64,000 bases of DNA, taken from Bacteroidales bacterium (GTDB taxonomy: Bacteria; Bacteroidota; Bacteroidia; Bacteroidales; VadinHA17). This document shows, piece after piece, positions 28,701 through 36,361 of the stretch. The translations under genes and the position numbers were made by a program. Location of the stretch: the NCBI GenBank assembly GCA_029932855.1, contig JAOZPG010000014.1, forward strand, positions 477 to 64,476, written 5' to 3'. Within the stretch, counting starts at the first letter, position 1; every line of letters begins with the position of its first letter. The notes below the pieces were generated by a model, which was given only the letters and a program-made list of their open reading frames with translations, did no database searches and had not been told where the DNA came from.

Positions 28701-29059
28701 TGGCTGCTCCTGCAAAGGTGGATGATCTTATGCAAAGAGTGAGCAAGATAGACCACGAGCTTTTTGATATCCTTACCGCTCTTAGTGGAAGGCCGGTTGA
28801 TAATGCCAGGATTGATGTAAGCACACCAAGCATCAGGGGAAGAATCAGCTTTGCAGGCTATGCTTCATCGAATTCTTTCCATAGGATTACCGGTTCGCAA
28901 AAAGAACAATATGAAATAGCCAGGAAACAATATGTTCCGGTATATGAGAAACTGAAAAAAATAAATGATATTGATATGCCGGCCCTCAGGAAAGCATTGG
29001 ATGAAAGGGGCATACCGTGGACAAAGGGTCGTATGCCTATTCCACCAGTAAAACTATAA
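25778..29059 (+). CDS. secreted BNR/Asp-box repeat protein, sortilin/VPS10-like double beta-propeller
   Basis: 1093 aa with a signal peptide. Repeated Asp-box-like motifs include TSGGLWKTTNNGTTF, YKTLDAGKTW, YKTSNGGESW, YKSTDGGKNW, SDDGGKTF, FKSTDRGDSW, VSENDGGNW, KSTDKGKSW. Confidence 0.75.
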   Translation: MKTILYSRLYIAMLAMILLFPLSVQAQKSKKSKSSDDTSVIVDKSLMGALKFRSIGPAIASGRIADIAVNPENPAEYYVGTASGGLWKTTNNGTTFKSIFDQQPVFSIGCLAIDPKNPNVVWAGTGENNSQRNLAYGDGIYKTLDAGKTWKNMGLKKSEHIGKIIIHPDNTDIVYAACQGPAWGPGGDRGLYKTSNGGESWELILEISKYTGISDLAMDPRNPDILYAVAHQRERRVYSKIDGGPESAIYKSTDGGKNWRKLSNGLPSGDVGRIGIAVSPPNPDIVYAIIELPGNKGGFYRSLDMGESWEKRSNEISSSPQYYQEIHADLVDPDRVISLNTFNMLSDDGGKTFRMLGEKNKHVDNHSLWMDPVYTRHYIAGCDGGIYESFDRGKNWLFKSNLPISQFYHVRTDMRFPFYNVYGGAQDNGSWIGPSRTRYRNSLNEDWIFTTGGDGYLSIPEPGNPDISYASSQYGGMVRYDEKTGNTVDIKPQPKNNETYRFNWNTPYFISPHNNTTLYAAANKIFKSTDRGDSWTEISGDLSRQIDVNTLPMMGKIWPPEAIAKSVSTSPFGNIFALAESPLKQGLLYAGTDDGLIQVSENDGGNWTKYESFPGVPDMTFVNYILPSKHDENTVYACFDGRKNNSDFKPYLLKSTDKGKSWRSIASNLPDGTVYVIREDHINKDILFIGTEWGVYLSLNGGNKWIRLKSGLPPIQVKDLDIQERENDLVVASFGRGFYILENYAYLRELNEDILNKEAYIFDIKDAMLYYPARHGGSMGDVYYKAANPRVEASFTYYYSRTLKTASQLRKAQHAKDLKAGKIIKYPGRDELWAEDTEQAASLVFTIFDANDNIITRLKASPKKGIARISWNMSYPSAMISDGRRSYYGSGGPKVPPGTYKVNLSLLKDGKISPLTEAKEFKIVSWDNSSLENTKLQEKYEFLKEVNRLSSSVNISASSARDYRKELETINKALMAAPAKVDDLMQRVSKIDHELFDILTALSGRPVDNARIDVSTPSIRGRISFAGYASSNSFHRITGSQKEQYEIARKQYVPVYEKLKKINDIDMPALRKALDERGIPWTKGRMPIPPVKL

Positions 29060-29188
29060 AAACAAACTGCCATGCCGGCACTTACAAAAGCAGTTTCCGG
29101 CCTGACAATAAAACAATATTTTATGCCCTTTTGAAAAACATTCTTGTCTTGTTTTCGTATATGCATTTGATATTATTACAGAATACTA

Positions 29189-29196
29189 TATATTTG
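29189..29196 (+). promoter_or_regulatory. Bacteroidota -7 box (TATATTTG)
   Basis: Exact TAnnTTTG match, 44 nt upstream of the small lipoprotein ATG at 29240. Confidence 0.45.
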
Positions 29197-29239
29197 TTCC
29201 AATAGAGGTAATGATTATACCTTAAGAAATTTTATAAAA

Positions 29240-29365
29240 ATGAAGAAATTATTCATAATTGCAGCAGTGTTAATGCTACTTGGGAGTGTACTTAGTTCAT
29301 GTAATAATGAAGTTTGTCCGGCCTATACACAAGCTGACGTTGAGCTTGATGCCGATATAAGCTAA
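29240..29365 (+). CDS. 41-aa micro-lipoprotein candidate
   Basis: Below the track's size cut-off; my translation is MKKLFIIAAVLMLLGSVLSSCNNEVCPAYTQADVELDADIS. It has a classic signal peptide plus lipobox (LSS-C), a predicted promoter upstream, and ends 46 nt before ATG 29412 of the next ORF. Confidence 0.45.
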   Translation: MKKLFIIAAVLMLLGSVLSSCNNEVCPAYTQADVELDADIS

Positions 29366-29411
29366 ATTATATTGAACCGGAATGGTTCGATATATAATAG
29401 TTCCACATAAC

Positions 29412-30194
29412 ATGAAGAAGTTAGTTATCATAGTGACTTTCTTCGCATTATTTGCGTATCCTGCTTTATCTCAGGGAGAAATTGATGAACAGCAAAAATT
29501 GTTCTTCAGGAATGAGATGACTTATGGAGTTACATTATCCACCTTTGGATATGGCGGAGGAGTCCGGTATGGAAAAAGGATAAACTTTTTCAACTCCAGG
29601 CTCTTTGAAGCTTCGGTAAATGTTATCAAGCACCCCAAAGAGATTAAGGGTTCTAATCCTATCTTTCCGAATAACAAAAGATTTGTTTTTGGCAAAGAGA
29701 ACTTTTTCTTTAATATCAAGGCTTCCTACGGATTTCAAAAGATTAAATTCAAGAAGAAAGATAAAGGAGGGATAGAGATAAGATTCCAGTATATGGGAGG
29801 CGTATCCCTGGGTTTCCTGAAACCTGTATACTATGAAGTCCTCATTCCTGTTTCAGCCTATGAATACAATCTGGAAACAGAAAAGTTCAATCCCTCCCTG
29901 CATACACCCTATGACATATATGGCCGTGCTTCTTTCTTAAAAGGATTTGATGAAATAATATTTGTCCCGGGACTTACAGGCCAGTTTGGAATAAGCTTCG
30001 AGTTTGGAGCGACTGATCCTGTTATATCTGCAATTGAGATCGGAGTAAGTGCTGATATCTATACCCGCGAGATCACTATTATGGCCTCTGATGACAACCG
30101 GATGTTCTTTCCTACATTATATGTAAGCTTCCGTTTTGGGAAAGTGATTGATAAACGATCCCAGGTAAAGCTCGATTACATGCAAAATCGGTAA
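29412..30194 (+). CDS. secreted beta-rich hypothetical protein (possible outer-membrane barrel)
   Basis: The track ORF starts at 29382. ATG 29412 gives a canonical signal peptide, MKKLVIIVTFFALFAYPALSQ. The protein has an alternating hydrophobic pattern and is rich in aromatics and Gly. No family was recognised. Confidence 0.5.
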   Translation: MKKLVIIVTFFALFAYPALSQGEIDEQQKLFFRNEMTYGVTLSTFGYGGGVRYGKRINFFNSRLFEASVNVIKHPKEIKGSNPIFPNNKRFVFGKENFFFNIKASYGFQKIKFKKKDKGGIEIRFQYMGGVSLGFLKPVYYEVLIPVSAYEYNLETEKFNPSLHTPYDIYGRASFLKGFDEIIFVPGLTGQFGISFEFGATDPVISAIEIGVSADIYTREITIMASDDNRMFFPTLYVSFRFGKVIDKRSQVKLDYMQNR

Positions 30195-30302
30195 TAACAG
30201 AAAAAATACTATTCCCGGCATTTTATTTATTCAAACTGTTAAGAAAATAACAATTCCTTGTTTACAGGTACTAATATCCTTGATGATATAAATTATATTC
30301 TT

Positions 30303-30310
30303 TACTTTTG
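30303..30310 (+). promoter_or_regulatory. Bacteroidota -7 box (TACTTTTG) for gap
   Basis: Exact TAnnTTTG match, 33 nt upstream of the gap ATG. Confidence 0.5.
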
Positions 30311-30342
30311 TCTCGATTTTTTAACGATATAAAATAAAAATA

Positions 30343-31347
30343 ATGGCGAAAATTAAAATTGCTATCAACGGTTTCGGGAGGATTGGAAGAAATGTCTTCA
30401 AGATTGCTCTGGAAAGATCCGAACTGGAGATAATAGGTATAAACGACCTGACAGATGCCAAAACTCTGGCTCATTTATTAAAATATGATTCTACACAGGG
30501 AAAATTTAATGGTGATGTAAGTCACGATGAAAATGGTATTATTGTGAACGGGAAAAAATATTTTGTAAGTGCTGAAAGGTCTCCTGCACAAATACCATGG
30601 ATTGAAAAGCCCGATGTGGTAATTGAATCGACAGGTATATTCAGGGCCAGGGAAAGTGCAAAAGGAGGTTATGGAGACCACCTGAAAAATGGTGCCAAAA
30701 AAGTAATACTTACAGTACCTGCAAAAGATACTATAGACAGGATGGTTGTTCTTGGTGTTAATGATGACGACCTTCAGAAAGATGACCAGTGTGTATCAAA
30801 CGCATCATGTACAACAAACTGCCTTGCTCCTGTGGTTAAAGTACTGAACGACAAGTTTGGAATAATAAACGGTTTAATGACTACTATCCACTCATATACC
30901 AACGATCAGAGAATACTTGATATGCCTCATTCCGATCTGAGAAGGGCAAGGTCAGCAGCTGTTTCCCAGATACCAACAACCACCGGTGCAGCCAAAGCCG
31001 TTGGAAAAGTAATACCTGAATTAGATGGTAAGCTCGACGGAATGTCTGTAAGGGTACCTACCGCAACCGGATCACTGGTCGACCTGGTAGTTAACCTTAA
31101 GGTAGAAGCCAGCAAAGAAGAAATAAATGCAGCCATGAAAGAAGCTGCTGAAAGTTCAATGAAAGGCATACTTGAATATACTGAGGATCCTATTGTTTCT
31201 GTTGACATAATTCATAATGCCCACTCATCAATATTTGATGCACTTAGTACAATGGTAGTTGGAAAAACTATTAAAGTCCTTTCATGGTATGATAATGAAT
31301 GGGGCTATTCAGCACGTGTTGTTGATCTTGCTGAAAGACTTTTCTAA
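30343..31347 (+). CDS. gap: glyceraldehyde-3-phosphate dehydrogenase, type I
   Basis: 334 aa. Motifs: INGFGRIGRNVF, SNASCTTNCLAP (catalytic Cys), WYDNEWGYS. Confidence 0.96.
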   Translation: MAKIKIAINGFGRIGRNVFKIALERSELEIIGINDLTDAKTLAHLLKYDSTQGKFNGDVSHDENGIIVNGKKYFVSAERSPAQIPWIEKPDVVIESTGIFRARESAKGGYGDHLKNGAKKVILTVPAKDTIDRMVVLGVNDDDLQKDDQCVSNASCTTNCLAPVVKVLNDKFGIINGLMTTIHSYTNDQRILDMPHSDLRRARSAAVSQIPTTTGAAKAVGKVIPELDGKLDGMSVRVPTATGSLVDLVVNLKVEASKEEINAAMKEAAESSMKGILEYTEDPIVSVDIIHNAHSSIFDALSTMVVGKTIKVLSWYDNEWGYSARVVDLAERLF

Positions 31348-31366
31348 GAAGAAAATATCTTATTAT

Positions 31367-31405
31367 AAAAAAGCTGTCTCAAAATAAAAAGAGACAGCTT
31401 TTTTT
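31367..31405. terminator. bidirectional rho-independent terminator between convergent gap and the DUF1987 gene
   Basis: 9-bp core stem AGCTGTCTC / GAGACAGCT, extended by an A-run on the left and a T-run on the right. Confidence 0.8.
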
Positions 31406-31420
31406 GTGGTAAAATATTTT

Positions 31421-31801
31421 TTATTGTTTCAAAGGACTTATCTCCATATGTAACATAATAGAGTCCCTGATATGTTCGCCCAGTTCAAATATTGACTCAT
31501 CCTCCTCCTCGTAAAACCATTTGACAGCAGTGGTTTTTCCCTGCTCATGAAAATCATTCACCAGCTTCAGCAATTCCAGCAGTGACTTGGTTGAACCAGA
31601 ATTAATATATTCATAGCTGATATAAAAGAAGGTGTCTCCCTTCCTTTTTTTGTAATACTTCTTCAGCCATTTTATAAGTTTAACATAAAACTCTTCAGGA
31701 TTCTCCGGTATAGATCTTCCTTCCAGCTTTAATACACCCCTATCGGCCAGAAATTCAACTTTTGGAGTATTAGGGGTATTTTCAATTATCAGGGATTTCA
31801 C
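31421..31801 (-). CDS. DUF1987 / SiaC-family protein (partner-switch phosphoprotein family)
   Basis: 126 aa with a GTG start. LIIENTPNTPKVEFLADRGVLKLEGRSIPENPEEFY...WLKKY and YINSGSTKSLLELL match my memory of the DUF1987 pattern. No SiaA/SiaB-type phosphatase or kinase is nearby. Confidence 0.7.
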   Translation of the reverse strand: MKSLIIENTPNTPKVEFLADRGVLKLEGRSIPENPEEFYVKLIKWLKKYYKKRKGDTFFYISYEYINSGSTKSLLELLKLVNDFHEQGKTTAVKWFYEEEDESIFELGEHIRDSIMLHMEISPLKQ

Positions 31802-31850
31802 AAGTTTGAATTTTTATAATTACTTAATACTAAATTAATTAAAAAATTAA

Positions 31851-31933
31851 GAACTTGTGTAAGCCGTTATTCGCAACCTAAAGTTGCTCATGAGCTCGTC
31901 GCCAGACTCCTCGGTTGTTACACTCGTTCTCTC
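31851..31933. other. 83-bp GC-rich structured island flanked by 13-bp direct repeats (ATTAAAAAATTAA at 31838-31850 and 31934-31946)
   Basis: The ends are complementary: GAAC..GTGTAA.CCG (31851-31866) against CGG...TTACAC..GTTC (31912-31929). There is an inner hairpin GCAAC/GTTGC. The surrounding intergenic DNA is very AT-rich. Confidence 0.5.
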
Positions 31934-32073
31934 ATTAAAAAATTAATCATCACCTTTGGTGAAGTAATTGATTAAATTTCTTAATATTCATTTCATATAA
32001 AGTATTATAAACCGCTGTAAAATATTTTTTCTTTAATATAATAAAAATACAAATGTCTCAATAGAAATAATAA

Positions 32074-33354
32074 TTACTCGTAATGAAGGGCAATGATCGG
32101 GTCTAACTTTGATGCTTTTACTGCAGGAAAATAACCTGAAGCTATGCCAACAACAAAACAGGCAGCCACCCCCCCCAATACCCACAACCATGGAACAATA
32201 AATGAAGTTTTTGTTAAGAGTGAAATCATATTCCCTGCCATTATACCCAGAATAATACCAAACACACCCCCTATTTGACCTATAAGAATTGCTTCAAATA
32301 AGAATTGCTTCTTTATGGTCCCCGACTTCGAGCCTATTGCCTTCCTGATACCTATCTCACGTGTTCTTTCTGTAACAGATACAAGCATAATATTCATAAG
32401 TCCCACAACTGCACCAAGCAGGGTAATTAATCCTATAACAGTGGCAGCAATGGTCACGAATTTTATATTTTCAATTAACATATTTACCAGGGTATCACTT
32501 TTAACAATATTAAAATCACTTTCATCCCTGGCATCAAGTCCTCTTACTATCCTGAACACACCTTCCGCCTCGCTTGCCACAAAATCAAGAAGATTATCAT
32601 CGAAAGGCATTACATGAATGCTATGCTTCATGTTGGGTCTTGAATAATAATACCTGACTGTTGTAACCGGAAGAAGGCATGCCCTGCTCATTCCTGAAAT
32701 ACTGGAACCCTTATCCTCAATTACCCCTATGATCCTGAACTTGGCTCCTCCAAGTGATATTGTTTTACCAAGAGGATTCTCGAAATTCTTAAAAAGCGCA
32801 TCTGTCACCCCCTTCCCCACTATAATCAGATTACGGGCCATCTGAATGTCCTGTACCGAAAAATTCCTGCCTGCAGAAAGTTCATTCCCTGAAGTAACCA
32901 GGTAATTCTCATCTGCACCTATAAGCTGCATATTGGGACTGGATTTTTCAGATTTGTATTTAGCCGTGGCTGTACTTGTTGCATGAGTACTGATTGAAAC
33001 ATAAGCCGGAAAGTCAAACCTCTCCTTAAACTCCTGTGCTTCCCTGTAGCTAATATGATTGTGGTTCTTCATCCTGTACTTTTTATTCCCTATCTGCACA
33101 TTCATACTCCTGCTTTCAATAACAAATGCACTTGCCCCCATAAAAGTAAACTGCTCGGTAAGTGTTTTCTTAATAGATTCAATAGCGGTTAAGATACCTA
33201 CCAGTGCCATAATACCAATAGCTATGATAATTATTGTAAGTGTTGCCCTGAGCTTACTGGATCTTATAGCGCTAAGAGACATCTTAAGAATATCATAAAA
33301 CAAAGCTATCCTGTACTTCTTGTATACTTTTTCTGCTAAGTTCATTTTATACAT
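32074..33354 (-). CDS. ABC transporter permease, MacB/FtsX-like (MacB periplasmic core domain plus FtsX domain)
   Basis: 426 aa; the start may be a later Met. N-terminal LSAIRSSKLRATLTIIIIAIGI, a large periplasmic loop, and a C-terminal 3-TM FtsX region with ERTREIGIRKAIGS. No ATPase gene is adjacent. Confidence 0.85.
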   Translation of the reverse strand: MYKMNLAEKVYKKYRIALFYDILKMSLSAIRSSKLRATLTIIIIAIGIMALVGILTAIESIKKTLTEQFTFMGASAFVIESRSMNVQIGNKKYRMKNHNHISYREAQEFKERFDFPAYVSISTHATSTATAKYKSEKSSPNMQLIGADENYLVTSGNELSAGRNFSVQDIQMARNLIIVGKGVTDALFKNFENPLGKTISLGGAKFRIIGVIEDKGSSISGMSRACLLPVTTVRYYYSRPNMKHSIHVMPFDDNLLDFVASEAEGVFRIVRGLDARDESDFNIVKSDTLVNMLIENIKFVTIAATVIGLITLLGAVVGLMNIMLVSVTERTREIGIRKAIGSKSGTIKKQFLFEAILIGQIGGVFGIILGIMAGNMISLLTKTSFIVPWLWVLGGVAACFVVGIASGYFPAVKASKLDPIIALHYE

Positions 33355-33453
33355 TATATCTTAATGTAAAACTAAGAAAAAAAGCCATTTAATTAATCTC
33401 TTGTAATTCTTATTATTTAAGCAGCAATTAGAAAAGTTCCATAATTATTTTTA

Positions 33454-33461
33454 TATTTTTG
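33454..33461 (+). promoter_or_regulatory. Bacteroidota -7 box (TATTTTTG) for aconitase
   Basis: Exact TAnnTTTG match, 42 nt upstream of ATG 33503. Confidence 0.45.
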
Positions 33462-33502
33462 TATCACATCTTCTGAATTCGGAATAATTAAAAAACTAAA
33501 CC

Positions 33503-35767
33503 ATGGCATTTGATATTGATATGATACGCAATGTTTATGCAGGAATGCATGAACGGATTTCCCTTGCACGTAAACTTACCGGAAGGCCCCTTAGCTATAC
33601 CGAAAAAATTCTATACTCACACCTGGCTTCAGGAAAAGCTGAAAAAACTTTTACCAGAGGAACAGATTATGTTGATTTCATGCCCGACAGGGTAGCCATG
33701 CAGGATGCTACAGCACAAATGGCATTATTACAATTTATGCAGGCAGGGAAAAATAAAGTTGCCGTACCTTCAACTGCCCATGCCGACCATCTTATCCAGG
33801 CAAAAACAGGTGCTGCTAAAGACCTTGATACGGCAAAACTTACAAATAAAGAAGTCTATGACTTTCTAAGTACTGTAACCAGCAAATATGGTATAGGTTT
33901 CTGGAAGCCGGGAGCAGGTATTATTCACCAGGTGGTGCTTGAGAATTATGCTTTCCCGGGAGGGATGATGATAGGGACCGATTCCCATACGGTAAATGCC
34001 GGCGGACTGGGAATGGTGGCCATTGGTGTTGGAGGTGCTGATGCAGTGGATGTTATGGCTGGAATGCCCTGGGAACTTAAATTTCCAAAGCTAATAGGTG
34101 TTAAGCTTAGCGGAAAGCTTAAGGGATGGGCAGCTCCAAAAGATATTATCCTTAAGCTGGCAGGCATACTTAGCGTTAAGGGAGGTACCGGCGCTATTAT
34201 TGAATACTTTGGAGAAGGGGCAAACTCACTGTCTGCAACGGGCAAAGGAACCATTTGCAATATGGGGGCAGAGGTTGGAGCTACCACGTCAAACTTTGCT
34301 TATGACGAATCAATGGAAAGATATCTCCGTGCAACAGAAAGGGAAGATGTAGCCGGGGAAGCCAATAAGATCAAAGAAGATCTTGTTGCAGATCCGGAAG
34401 TTTACGAGGATCCTGAAAAATATTTCGATCAGCTTATAGAGATCGACCTTTCAACACTTGAACCATACCTGAACGGACCCTTTACCCCGGACAGGGCCAC
34501 CCCGGTCTCAAAAATGAAGGAGGAAGCAGAAAAGAACGGATGGCCGGTTAATGTTGAAGTGGGACTTATAGGCTCATGTACAAACTCTTCATATGAAGAT
34601 ATTTCCAGGGCGGCCTCAGTGGCAAAACAAGCAATTAAAAATAATCTGGAAGTTAAAAGCGAATTTAAGATCTCTCCCGGCTCAGAACAGGTTAGATATA
34701 CTATTGAAAGAGACGGGCTGATAGATATCTTCACCAAAATCGGAGGTAATGTGTTTGCAAATGCCTGCGGTCCGTGTATAGGTATGTGGGACAGGAAAGA
34801 TGCCAGCCTGGAAAAGAAGAACACAATTGTTCATTCCTTTAACAGGAACTTTGCAAAACGGGCTGATGGCAACCCCAACACCTATGCTTTCGTGGCTTCA
34901 CCTGAACTGGTAACAGCCATAACAATAGCAGGCAAGCTGGGGTTCAATCCTCTAACAGATAAACTTATTAATAAAGATGGTGAAGAAGTAATGCTTATGC
35001 CTCCGGTAGGATGGGAATTGCCTCCAAACGGCTTCGATGTAAAAGATAAGGGCTACCAGGCCCCGGCAGAGGACGGCAGTAATGTTGAAGTAAAGGTAGA
35101 TCCCAATTCCGAAAGGCTACAGCTACTAACTCCTTTCAAAGCATGGGATGGCAAGGACATTAATGGAATGAAATTGCTTATTAAGGCAAAAGGTAAATGT
35201 ACTACAGACCATATTTCAATGGCAGGACCCTGGCTTCGCTTAAGAGGGCACCTCGAAAATATATCCCAGAATATGCTTATTGGAGCTGTGAATTACTTTA
35301 ATGAAGAAACCAATAAGGTAAAAAATCAGTTAAGCGGTGATTACGTTCCTGTTCCCGATGCAGCAATAGCATACAGGGAAGCAGGAATGGGTTCTATTGT
35401 TATAGGAGATGAGAACTATGGCGAAGGAAGCTCACGCGAACATGCAGCCATGGAACCCAGATTCATGGGAGTTAAAGTGGTTCTTGTAAAATCATTTGCC
35501 AGGATACATGAGACCAACCTTAAAAAGCAGGGAATGCTTGGACTCACATTTGCTAAGGCGGCCGATTACGACAAAATAAGGGAAGATGATACTATAGACC
35601 TTATAGGACTAAAAGATTTTCAGCCCGGCAGGCAACTCACAATAGTACTTAATCATGCCGACGGCAGCAAGGAAGAATTCCCTGTAAACCACAGCTATAA
35701 TAAGAACCAGATAGAATGGTTTAAAGAAGGCTCCGCACTGAACCTTATTAAAAAACAGAATCAGTAG
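33503..35767 (+). CDS. acn: aconitate hydratase (754-aa, mitochondrial-like type)
   Basis: Motifs: [36 protein letters not shown] (Fe-S cluster Cys ligands), SSREHAA. Confidence 0.95.
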   Translation: MAFDIDMIRNVYAGMHERISLARKLTGRPLSYTEKILYSHLASGKAEKTFTRGTDYVDFMPDRVAMQDATAQMALLQFMQAGKNKVAVPSTAHADHLIQAKTGAAKDLDTAKLTNKEVYDFLSTVTSKYGIGFWKPGAGIIHQVVLENYAFPGGMMIGTDSHTVNAGGLGMVAIGVGGADAVDVMAGMPWELKFPKLIGVKLSGKLKGWAAPKDIILKLAGILSVKGGTGAIIEYFGEGANSLSATGKGTICNMGAEVGATTSNFAYDESMERYLRATEREDVAGEANKIKEDLVADPEVYEDPEKYFDQLIEIDLSTLEPYLNGPFTPDRATPVSKMKEEAEKNGWPVNVEVGLIGSCTNSSYEDISRAASVAKQAIKNNLEVKSEFKISPGSEQVRYTIERDGLIDIFTKIGGNVFANACGPCIGMWDRKDASLEKKNTIVHSFNRNFAKRADGNPNTYAFVASPELVTAITIAGKLGFNPLTDKLINKDGEEVMLMPPVGWELPPNGFDVKDKGYQAPAEDGSNVEVKVDPNSERLQLLTPFKAWDGKDINGMKLLIKAKGKCTTDHISMAGPWLRLRGHLENISQNMLIGAVNYFNEETNKVKNQLSGDYVPVPDAAIAYREAGMGSIVIGDENYGEGSSREHAAMEPRFMGVKVVLVKSFARIHETNLKKQGMLGLTFAKAADYDKIREDDTIDLIGLKDFQPGRQLTIVLNHADGSKEEFPVNHSYNKNQIEWFKEGSALNLIKKQNQ

Positions 35768-35840
35768 CTGATGGAGGCAGATTGGGCTTATGCCTGAAAA
35801 CCAGTTCTTAAGATCAGATTAAGAAGATTATATTTCATAG

Positions 35841-35870
35841 CGCCGGGGAACAATATCCGGCGTTTTTTTT
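35841..35870 (+). terminator. rho-independent terminator after aconitase
   Basis: Stem CGCCGG / CCGGCG, a 10-nt loop, then T8. Confidence 0.7.
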
Positions 35871-35919
35871 CTCCCCTTTCTGTATATTCTTTTGCTCAGC
35901 TAATAATTTTTTTAATAAT

Positions 35920-35958
35920 TAACTAATATTTTAGTTGTATAACTAAATTGTTAGTTAT
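35920..35958. promoter_or_regulatory. two tandem dyads TAACTAA-N4-TTAGTT(A/G), candidate BlaI-type operators
   Basis: 35920-35937 is TAACTAAtattTTAGTTG (6/7 symmetric). 35939-35958 is ATAACTAAattgTTAGTTAT (perfect 8+4+8). The centres are 20 bp apart, immediately upstream of and abutting the -7 box. Confidence 0.5.
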
Positions 35959-35965
35959 ATATTTG
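35958..35965 (+). promoter_or_regulatory. Bacteroidota -7 box (TATATTTG) for the blaI-blaR1-like operon
   Basis: Exact TAnnTTTG match, 19 nt upstream of ATG 35984, sandwiched between palindromes. Confidence 0.5.
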
Positions 35966-35968
35966 TAA

Positions 35969-35978
35969 TGTAATTACA
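35969..35978. promoter_or_regulatory. perfect 10-bp palindrome TGTAATTACA (TGTA/TACA dyad), candidate BlaI-type operator
   Basis: Self-complementary and lies between the -7 box and the start codon. BlaI/MecI operators are known to be built on TACA/TGTA dyads. Confidence 0.45.
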
Positions 35979-35983
35979 GACTA

Positions 35984-36361
35984 ATGAAAGAACTAACTAA
36001 AGCCGAAGAACAAATCATGCATATCCTCTGGGAGCTTGACGAAGCTTTTGTGAAGGAAATAATTGATAAACTTCCTAAACCAAAACCTGCTTACAACACA
36101 GTTTCCACCATTGTAAGAATACTTGAAAAGAAAGGTTTTGTAGCTCATACCGCTTTTGGTAAAACGCACAGGTATCGTCCTCTTGTTGATAAAGAAGATT
36201 ATACCAAGGCGCATATGAATAGTTTTGTAAAAAACTATTTCAGTAACTCCTACCAGCAAATGGTGTCTTTCTTCGCTAAAGAAAAAAGCCTCAGTCTGAA
36301 TGAAATGGAAGAAATAATGAAGATAATGGCGAAAGAAATCAATAAACAGAAAAATGAATAA
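35984..36361 (+). CDS. BlaI/MecI/CopY-family transcriptional repressor
   Basis: 125 aa. Winged-helix N-terminus LTKAEEQIMHILWELDEAFVKEIIDKLPKPKPAYNTVSTIVRILEKKGFV. It overlaps the next gene by 8 nt (ATGAATAA). Confidence 0.85.
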   Translation: MKELTKAEEQIMHILWELDEAFVKEIIDKLPKPKPAYNTVSTIVRILEKKGFVAHTAFGKTHRYRPLVDKEDYTKAHMNSFVKNYFSNSYQQMVSFFAKEKSLSLNEMEEIMKIMAKEINKQKNE

